64,000 bases of DNA from Octopus sinensis (lineage: Eukaryota), in assembly GCF_006345805.1 (NCBI RefSeq), contig NC_043010.1:58528001-58592000 (forward strand). Reading direction: 5' to 3'. Numbering within the stretch: position 1 is the first letter of the stretch; each line of letters begins with the position of its first letter. Made by a program: the position numbers and the translations under genes. Shown here in pieces: positions 1 to 8,639 of the stretch. A model generated the notes under the pieces. The model did no database searches and was not told where the DNA came from. It was given only the letters and a program-made list of their open reading frames with translations.

Positions 1-70
1 GTGACAACACCATGGAGTGATGACACTATGGAGTGACGACACCATAGGGAGATGACACCATGGAGTGATG
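1..70. repeat. 16-bp minisatellite (gatgacaccatggagt-like)
   Basis: About four imperfect copies at the window start. Confidence 0.7.
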
Positions 71-354
71 AAGTGATAGGTGTTTAGAAGTCTACTGAGT
101 GTTGTGATACTACATGAAGACTTAGGGAAGAAGAGTGGTGTGTCTTGTTGAAGGACTGAGAGTAACTGCTGGAGATTGCTGTTGTTTAGCCCTAGGTTAA
201 ACCTGACTGAGGAGACCTATGCTCTAAGATATTCCACCGATGACCATACCATCATTCTATGGGTATCTAGGATTACATTTTCAAATGTGACATTCCTTGT
301 TTGAAATGCTAGGGTATAATTTGAGGGAGATTTGTTCTGTAAACCCGTGTATCT

Positions 355-430
355 GTAGTAGTAGTTGTGGTGGTGGTGGTGGTGGTGGTGGTAGTGGTGG
401 TGGTGGTGGTGGTAGTGGTGGTGGTGGAGA
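355..430. repeat. (GGT)n/(AGT)n trinucleotide tract
   Basis: Directly visible. Confidence 0.9.
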
Positions 431-619
431 GATGTTGCAGTTGTTAACGTTGTTATAATGGTTGTTGGGTGAAGTGTTGAGTAGCTGTAAAGAGTGTGAC
501 TATTTGAGATATGTTGTTGTTGTTGTTGTGACTATATCCAGTAGCGAAATGATGTTGTTGCAATTGTATCCAGGGGTTAAATGGCTGTTGTTGTGACTGT
601 ATTCCATGTAGAGTGACAT

Positions 620-643
620 CTACTTTTTAATTCGAGTTGGTAA
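620..643 (-). CDS. Protocadherin A terminal coding micro-exon (LPTRIKK*)
   Basis: Minus strand reads ttctttacttctttttcag|TTA CCA ACT CGA ATT AAA AAG TAG: a polypyrimidine tract plus AG acceptor. Phase 0 matches the phase-0 donor of the large exon. The same peptide is encoded downstream of all six large exons. Confidence 0.85.
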   Translation of the reverse strand, partial: LPTRIKK

Positions 644-1139
644 CTGAAAAAGAAGTAAAGAAACTGATCAGTCATTGATTGATATTTTAGGAATAATATT
701 GATTATTGATTTCAAATATTTAGCCCAAGGCTAGCAATTTCAATGCATTGACTGGTTTAAAAAATCCACATCAGACGCCATGACGGATCTAAGGTGCAGG
801 TACAAGAGGTGGTCAAACTCTGCATAAGGAGTAGACAACCACCATATATAACTATATAGATATATATATGTGTGTGTGTGTGTGCGCATGCGTATAGGTA
901 GACTATATGATGCTTGTGTGTGAATGGCTATACTCCATGGTAGTGAGACATGAGCTCTGCATGCAGAAGACAATCGTAGACTGGAGAGAAATGAAGGTAG
1001 TATGCTCTGTGTATGTGCACATGTCTGACAAAGTGCAAATGTACTGAGTGAAAAGTTGGGACTCACAGAGGACTGAGATGTCTGGCAATATGAAGTTCTA
1101 GAGAAGACTCGCCCATGTCAGCGAAACTGGGTTCTAGAA

Positions 1140-1770
1140 GTGCTGTTTGTCCCACACTTCACAAAAAAACTTCTCACACACCCTACCACAAGAAACCAAA
1201 CTACATCTCTACGCTTCCCCACATTTCCATTTCATGCTCTATGCTTACCTCCCACTCCCTAATCATGTCCTCTTGGCCCTGTTCCACTATATCATTCCTC
1301 TACGCTTGCCTCCAATTTGTGTGTTCCACATGCTCAATCTCACTGTATTATTGCTCTCCACTAGCCCCTGACCTGTGCTCAACCCACACCTAACTAGAAA
1401 ACTTCTCACATACCCTACCACAACAAACCAAACTACATCTCTCCTCTCCCTCACATTTCCACTTCATGCTCTATGCTTACCTCTCACTCCTCAATCCTGT
1501 CCTCTTGGCCCTGATCCACTATATCATTGTTCTCTGCTAGCCCCTGATTTGTGTGTTCCACCCACACACCATGCCTCACTGTATCTCCACGAGCCCCTGA
1601 CCTGTGTTCCACCCACACGTAACAAGAAAACTTTTCACACACCCTATCCCAACAAATCAATCTACATCTCTTCTCTTCCTCACATTTCCTCCTTCTTACA
1701 CTGTGCCTGCCTCTCACTCCCCAATCCTGTCCTCATGGCCATGTTTTTCTGTATTATTGCTATCCGGTAG
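1140..1770. repeat. Three imperfect ~230-bp tandem repeats in the last intron of gene A
   Basis: The ttctcacac..ccctaccac..aaactacatctct motif recurs at ~1171, ~1403 and ~1632. Confidence 0.75.
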
Positions 1771-2117
1771 CCCACCCCACCACTCTATATATACTCAGGT
1801 TCTCACCACCCACTTCTCCCTCCTCTGCACTCTCCAATCATGCTCCTTTCACAATATCCTGCCACTTATATTATGACATTCGAACCTCAAGGGTCTGCCC
1901 TGACACTTGCAGCCATCTGTATCTCTCTCTTCCTTCACTCAACCATCCATTTATATTCTGATCCCTCTCCTTTGTGAGTGTGCCCAGCATTTTGCCACCA
2001 TCTATCTCTATTCTGCTGTCTCCCACTCTCTCATATTCCTCCTCCTACATTTCCCTCAGGCTGGATAACCATGTATTTCCTTTGCGGTAGTGCACCTGTT
2101 TCTGTCTTCATTCCTGA

Positions 2118-2154
<37 letters not shown>

Positions 2155-2309
2155 TTCACTTTCCTTCTCTCTGGCTGGATAACCTTGTACTCCCTCTACT
2201 GTAAGACACCTGTTTCTGTGTCTACCTCACTATAATCTTTTATCATCTGATATAAGATCACCTCCTCCAATGTAAGATCACCTCTCTTCTCAAAGAATTT
2301 TTTGTCTTG

Positions 2310-2620
2310 CAAGTACTTGGTGACCCTGTCAGTGCAGGTGCCCCTTAAAAGCTCGCAGTCCACATTGTAAAGTAGTTGGTGTTCAGAAGGGCATCCAACT
2401 GTAAAAACCTTGCCAAAACTGGCCTCAACTGCTCTTGAGCCATGTAAAAATAATTAAGTCCATTCTGCTGAGTTGTTGCTGTTAGAAAGGGCATCCAGCT
2501 GTAAAAGTCAGGCCAAAACAGTTACAGAAGTCTGGTGCAGGGTTCTGCTTGGCCAGCTCCTTCAAATTGTTGCAACCGTGCCAGAAAAGAAGGCAGACGT
2601 TAAACAATGACGATGATATT
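2310..2620 (+). mobile_element. SINE / RTE-tail-type interspersed repeat
   Basis: The gaagggcatccagctgtaaaa...ctggtgcag...acgttaaac(gat)n tail recurs at many other positions in the window. Confidence 0.6.
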
Positions 2621-2754
2621 GAAGATGATGTTCATACAATCACCCGAGCAAACACATACACATACAAATATATATATAGAAACACAAACAGACAGAAAGA
2701 TAGATATATAGACAGAGATAGGTAGATAGATAGACTATATATAGTGTAACTTAC

Positions 2755-5178
2755 CAATATTGTATTGGGTGGACTCTTCTCCAGGGTACCCACGTTTGAC
2801 CAATCAATCTGGGACTCATACTGCGGGTAGAAATCTTCCTTACATTCCACAAATGGCATGTTTCTATTATTCATCTCAGAAGAGTACCTCACTGGGGTAC
2901 CAGGAATACTGCTGCTCTGACACGGTAGAGGTTGATCAATTCTGTTACATATAGCTGACCTATTAACACCTTTCCTAGTGTTCTTGGCAGAGCGAGACTG
3001 ACCACTGCTACATTTCACAATACACAGTGTGATCGACACTACAATCACCACAGCTACTATTACAGCTGCTACTACAAGGATAATCAATAATGGTACGTCC
3101 AGTGTTCTGTTCTTCTCTAAGTGGACAGTCGGCATCGGTGCTGATGTCTTGTTAGTGACCCTTAATGACAAAGACACAGTAGTTGTGGCTGACAACACTG
3201 GGCTACCGGAATCCTTGACCACAAGCACCAGTTCGTATGAGCCAGCATCGTTGAGATGAGGTGCACGCGAGAAAGACATTTGACCAGTTAAAGAGTTGAG
3301 TGTAAACAAGCGTTTATTGTTACCGTCAAGTATTCCATATTTGAGGAACGCATTTAAATGACTGTCTCTGTCAGACGCTCTAATCACAGTGATGGCATTG
3401 GTACTTTGCGGGTGGTAGTGGACATTGATATGGAAAGGGTCAGTTGTAGGGTAGACGAAATACGGATTATTGTCGTTTCTGTCTAAAACCTCAACAACAA
3501 CATTCGCTGTGTTATTCAACGACGGTTTACCATTGTCTTTGACAAAAACCTCAAACTTATACATGTCTTCTTCTTCTCTGTCCAATGGTATGTTGCTGGT
3601 AATAAAACCATAATCACTCACCTGGAACGGTATGTTATTTCTGTCTTTACTCAACAGTGAGAACGTCAGTTGACCAGCACTTGCCAGGTCTGGGTCAGTG
3701 GCATTGATAAAACCTATAGGAAAGTTTGCTTTACCATTCTCATAGGTGAGGAAGTGGAATGTATCTTTGGTAAATTGCGGTTGCACATCGTTCACATCCA
3801 TTACTTGGATTGAGATCTTTCTCTCCGTCTTTAAAGCAGGGCTTCCGTTGTCTTCACAGACAATTCTCATGTTAAAATGGTCTAATGTTTCTCTGTCAAG
3901 TGGTTTCTTCAGAATAATCTTGTATTCCTTTGATCCTAAATGTGAGAGGACAACTATATCATGTTCTAATTTACAACTCACTTCTCCATTTGCTCCAACA
4001 TCGTTGTCCACCACATTCACATAAGCTAGATAACTGCCCACTTTAGTCCCTTCGTAAATAGCTGCAGTGCCCTTCTTCATTTCAGATGCAAAATCTATCC
4101 CAATTTTGGGAGGATGGTTCTTTTCATTGAGAATATTCACCCGTACAATGGCAAAGGAATTTAAAGAAGGATTCCCTCCATCTTTCGCCTCCACATACAT
4201 CTTGAGAATATTCTTTGTTTGTGATGTTAATGGTTTTTCTACAAATAATTCCCCAGTTTGTTGGTTCAGTCTGAAATACTGTCTTGTGCGTTCTGGTGTT
4301 TTTGAACTCATAAAATAAGACACTTTACCATTATTGCCAGAATCTGGGTCTTTTGCAGACAATGTCAAAATGGGGTTGTTGTTAGGATGTGTATTTTTGA
4401 TGGAAATATTGTAAATATGTTTTGAAAAAACTGGTGAGTTATCATTCACATCAATTATTTTTATATGAACATGTAAGATTCCTTCTTTTGAAGGTTGCCC
4501 TCCATCATTAGCTATCACTTCTAAATTGTAACTATCTTGTATTTCTCTGTCTAGTTTGTCTCCAAGAACAATTCCTATCTTTGCCCCTCCAGTGATAGTT
4601 TTCCTCACAGACAATATAAATGGATCACTAAATTGTTTCTTCAATTTGTATGTAATTTCTGAATTTTCCATTCCAATATCTTTGTCAAAGGCATCTGGAA
4701 TTAATCTTTCGGCTCCTTCTCCATCATCTTCATCATATGTAATATTCAGTTGTGTCTGAGGAAACTCAGGGCTGTGATCGTTAATGTCTTCTATAATTAC
4801 TTTAATTTTAATAACTTTCAAAAATGTCTTCCTTCTACGTACAGCAACTTTGATGTATCTAACACAATCTGATTCATATGTACACAGTTTCTCAGCATCC
4901 AATGTTTGAGCCGTGTACAATTTACCATCTTGTGTGACGTTGAATAAATGTGAATTCTCTGTCCATTGCTGTTGCATTTGGTTGTATGTGATGAAGTTAT
5001 TTCCCACAAGAGAGTCCGTTTCTTCCATCTGTGTGTCAGCAGCAATATCCCCAACAAAAGTAAAGGGACTGCTTTCTTCTTCTACATGATAGCTCAGATC
5101 TACACAGACACAACTGTGTAGTAATAGATTGAGGACATTTGCAAGTAAGTATGTATTCCACACACAGCCTACTTCCAT
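2755..5178 (-). CDS. PCDH: Protocadherin A, large coding exon (signal peptide, EC1-EC6, TM, cytoplasmic region; 808 codons)
   Basis: ORF 2632..5181 has six cadherin repeats (DxNDxxP, LDRE, AxDxD, xDxG motifs) and a TM segment VPLLIILVVAAVIVAVVIVVSITLCIV. ATG at 5178 with an in-frame stop just upstream. Acceptor tttcag| gives exon start 5211; donor ATATTG|GTAAGT at 2755. The ORF portion beyond 2755 is intronic microsatellite read-through. Confidence 0.95.
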
Positions 5179-5409
5179 CACAGAATGTTAAATCATATCT
5201 CGTGAGTTTATCTGAAATTTAAGAAGAAAATAGAATGTTTTTATTGATGTTATGTTTCTTTGTTTATTTTAAAACAAATTGAATCCAAATTGGGGGAAAA
5301 ATTGTCTGTGGTGAGAATGATTTTATACAAAGAATGGTCACTGATTTGAATTGGCATTTTGTACATTCTTCTGACATTGACTTTAATAATAATGAAATTA
5401 TTGTATTCA

Positions 5410-5870
5410 GTGCTCAGGTGCACCACAACTTGTCAAAAGTGCGTATAAAGCATATGCAGTAATGTACAAATGTCTGGAAAGTGAACTGTGTATGAGTCAG
5501 ATACATGCTTGTGTGTGTATGGAGGGGAGAAGATCAGGTGTAGTGTTGGCAAATCTCAAGAAGCATGGAGGTTTTGAAGGATGCAGTGCTCCGACAACTA
5601 ACAACTGATGCCGGCAGTTTGTTCCATGCTTCAGCAACTCTTAGCGTGAAAAAAAGGTTTCCGAAAGTCATGGGAGCCGTGCTGTTTTCTGATTTTTTAA
5701 ACATGTCCATGGGTGTTAGACGGGTGGATTTTGAAAATGTGCTCAGAGTTATTGTTTGTAAGATGGTTAATAATTTTATGGGTGTCTGCCAAGTCAGCTG
5801 CCAGACATTGGAGTTTCAATTAGTTGAAAACAGACTTCTAAATGTTAGGAAATTCTTTGAGTATATCACA
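5410..5870 (-). mobile_element. CR1-type LINE 3' fragment
   Basis: Minus-strand translation FFTLRVAEAWNKLPASVVSCRSTASFK resembles the CR1 ORF2 C-terminus (FFxxRVxxxWNxLP). Confidence 0.6.
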
Positions 5871-6869
5871 TCTGTTTCTAGATTTAGATGCTTATATTAT
5901 CAATATATCATCTCAGACCCAGTCCTCTGGTGTGCTTTATTATTGTCACCACCATTTAGTTTTAAAGTCTAAGGTTTTGCAAACGTTTTGTCTTTACAAT
6001 GCCTTCAGCATTTTAAATGGAATGGAATACCTGTACCAATAATTAGTTTATATACTTTCGTCTGCAGAAAATATGTTACACTTTAAAGTTCTCATCATTT
6101 ATAATTGAGAACCAAAAATATCAATTGGACTTTTCTGGAATATCAGAGCCAAGGGATATTCATGGAAGATAACCGGATCTAAGATATGACAAAAGAGACA
6201 ATTATCTCCCTTGAATATTAATGACATCTTCATTACAATATTTCTGTGATTTGTGAGAAAAGATTGCATCAAAATATATATCTTGATGGCGAATAAAGCT
6301 GGCCAGGATACTGGCCATATTTCAGAAATTAGATTTGCAGAAATGTAAAGATATTAGAGGTTGTTCAGCTCAAAGACTTTACCAGATGAAATAATCTTTG
6401 AATACCAAATCAAGAAATGGTTCTCTAAGAGGGTCTGTTCACTTAGAAATAGCTACCAAATTTCCCTCAAATCACACTTTCAACATTTTAAAATGAATAT
6501 ATTGGTTAATGTAGAAAAGGATTCGTAAAAAGAATGTGATGTAGCCATAGTTGGAAGGTCTTCAATCATAAATCTCTTCAATCAAGGCTAACCTGGACTA
6601 TAGAATGATAATACCCAAATAAGGAATTAAAAACAGAAATGACTCCTTTAGTATTCCTTGTAATTTCAATAGATTCTGTGTTTTTGTAGAGAGAATATTT
6701 TTGGGGGTTGAAACACAATTTTATTGTTCAGTATCAATCATTCCTCTCAAATCCATTTCCTGATACAAGAATGGATTGGATTGGAATTGATTCTGAGGCA
6801 GGATTTTTAAGATTGGATGCTCTTTCTGGAAGAATCTAAGAAATGGAGGCATGACTAATTTGTAAAAGT

Positions 6870-7330
6870 TTCACACTGGAAGCTTTATCAAAAATGGGAA
6901 TTTGAAGCTGAGGACACATGATATGAAAACCAGGTCAAAAGAGTGTTGGTGTCAGAGAAGTGTAAGACTCTGTGGGACTTTACTATTCAAACGGACAAGA
7001 AGCTAGAAAATAGTAGACCAGGAATAACAATAACAGACAAGGAAAAGCAAAGTTGCTTATTGATTGACCCATCATGTCCATTTGATTCCAAGATTATAAA
7101 GAAAGAAGACAAAAAGCAAAAAATTACAATCCTTTAAAATTGCAAGAATTTGAAATAAGGAAATTGTAAACGCTGTGCCTACAATAATTGGTGCATTGGG
7201 AACTGTAAGTGAAGATATAGACAAATGGTCAAAGGAGATTGGAATAGAATTCCTGGTAGATCTCCTACAGAAAGTTTTACTTCTTAGGGATGGGAACGAT
7301 TATCAGTGGTGGGGTCTTAAGCAATTAAAA
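6870..7330 (+). mobile_element. RLE-type (R4/Dong-like) non-LTR retrotransposon 3' fragment
   Basis: KTLWDFTIQTDKKLENSRPGITITDKEKQSCLLIDPSCPFD...IIGALG resembles the restriction-like endonuclease domain; degenerate. Confidence 0.65.
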
Positions 7331-7910
7331 GAGCATTGAAAGATTGTGAATACCTGAGATTACAGAAGCAATGACAAGCGACTGAGACCTTTGGAGATAT
7401 GCTGTGATTCAGAAGACCCTGCAAGTAAAGTGAGATCACAGCCATTGCCGATGCCAGTGTTGCATGACCGGCTCATTTAAAAGTACCCTTGATTCGTCAG
7501 CTGATATGATGTGCATGAGAAGACCTTTTGAGTCAAGTGAAATCGAAATCATAGGTGTGGCCAGTGCCACCTGGCTGGCTCTCATGCTGGTGGCACATAA
7601 GTAGCATTCAAGCACAGGTCGATGCTAGTGCTGCCTGACTAGCTCCTGTGCCTGTGGCATGTTAAAAGCACCATCCGAATGTAGTCGATGCCAGTGCCAC
7701 CTGACTGGCTCCTGTGCCGGTGACATATAAAAAGCACCTACTACACGCTCAGAGTGGTTGGCAATAGGAAGGGCATTGAGCTGTAGAAACCTTACCAGAT
7801 CAGACTGGAGCCTGGTGCAGCCTATTAGCTTACCAGTCCTCAGTCAAACTACCCAACTCATGCCAGCATGGAAAGCGGGTGTTAAACGATGATGATGAAG
7901 ATGATGATGA
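7330..7910 (+). mobile_element. RTE 3' tail / SINE-type repeat
   Basis: Internal gccagtgccacctgactggctcctgtgcc subrepeats and a (gat)n tail; homologous to 43870-44540. Confidence 0.6.
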
Positions 7911-7987
7911 ACTATGTTATTAGAGATGCTGCAAAATTCAGGATATTTTTCACAGTAACATTCTCTACAGAAAGGAGAAAAACTTAC

Positions 7988-8158
7988 CAAAAGTAGGAAT
8001 GCTTCAACATCCAAAATCAAAGAAAGGATTTCTTCAAGTTAGTAACTTAAAGTCATCCCATTTTGGTGAGTACAGAAGGATCTGTCAGTTGTCCCCTGTA
8101 TCCAATAGCAACAAAGAGCTGGACTTGAGTGTGTTGGTCCCTTCCATTAAAAGTGACA
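7988..8158 (-). other. Protocadherin A 5'-UTR exon 2 (non-coding, 171 nt)
   Basis: Conserved island found once per unit, bounded by ttttag| and TTTTG|GTAAGT, with stops in all three frames. Internal alternative acceptors (e.g. gatacag| at 8095) cannot be excluded. Confidence 0.7.
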
Positions 8159-8639
8159 CTAAAACATATTGAAATATGAGAACAACATTGTATTGCATGT
8201 TAAATAAATGAGAAAGAGATTGAAAAGCCACAGTTCTCAACTACCATGATGTCTAGATGGGAGATGAATGAGGTTGATGGTGAATGTTATATATACAGTA
8301 GGAGATATATAAATATAGTCAGAAGTCTCACTGATGCAACCAATGGGGAATTAAGCATACACACTCACAACACATATGCACAGTCTGTATTATACAACAT
8401 TCCATCAATATATACTGTTCAGTACACAGTAAAATGTGAATATGCACTCTATTCTGCATAAACTATCTTATTTCATAATAAATTTCTCATCATTATATAG
8501 CCATTTTTAAAAATATATACACCAATGATTGTACACTAAATAAACAACATAAAATATATATCACCAACTGAAATGTTAATATGTACATTGTACAACATTC
8601 TAAAGAATAAATACAGACAGAACCAAACACATATATATA

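Noticed and set aside
1-70. CRISPR-like array
   Set aside because: A short 16-bp tandem minisatellite without unique spacers, in eukaryotic DNA.
2632-2754. C-terminal extension of ORF A (VSYTIYSLSIYLSLSIYLSFCLFVFLYIY...) as a second TM segment
   Set aside because: It begins exactly at the GTAAGT donor and is translated CTAT/CTGT microsatellite, absent from the other copies.
2755-2800. WAVE-interacting (WIRS) motif at VGTLEK, and a KKxx ER-retrieval signal at the C-terminus
   Set aside because: WIRS requires Phe after the Thr (here Leu), and the lysines are at -1/-2 rather than -3/-4.
2760-5057. Recurrent plus-strand and alternative-frame ORFs (MIDTTITT.., MRKWNVSL.., MYWVDSSP.., MLGILLLT..) in every unit
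   Set aside because: They are shadows of the duplicated protocadherin exon; their conservation is explained by the sense gene.
7988-8158. Exon 2 as a coding exon or shared constant exon
   Set aside because: It has stops in all frames, lies 5' of the large exon on the minus strand, and an in-frame stop precedes the main ATG.
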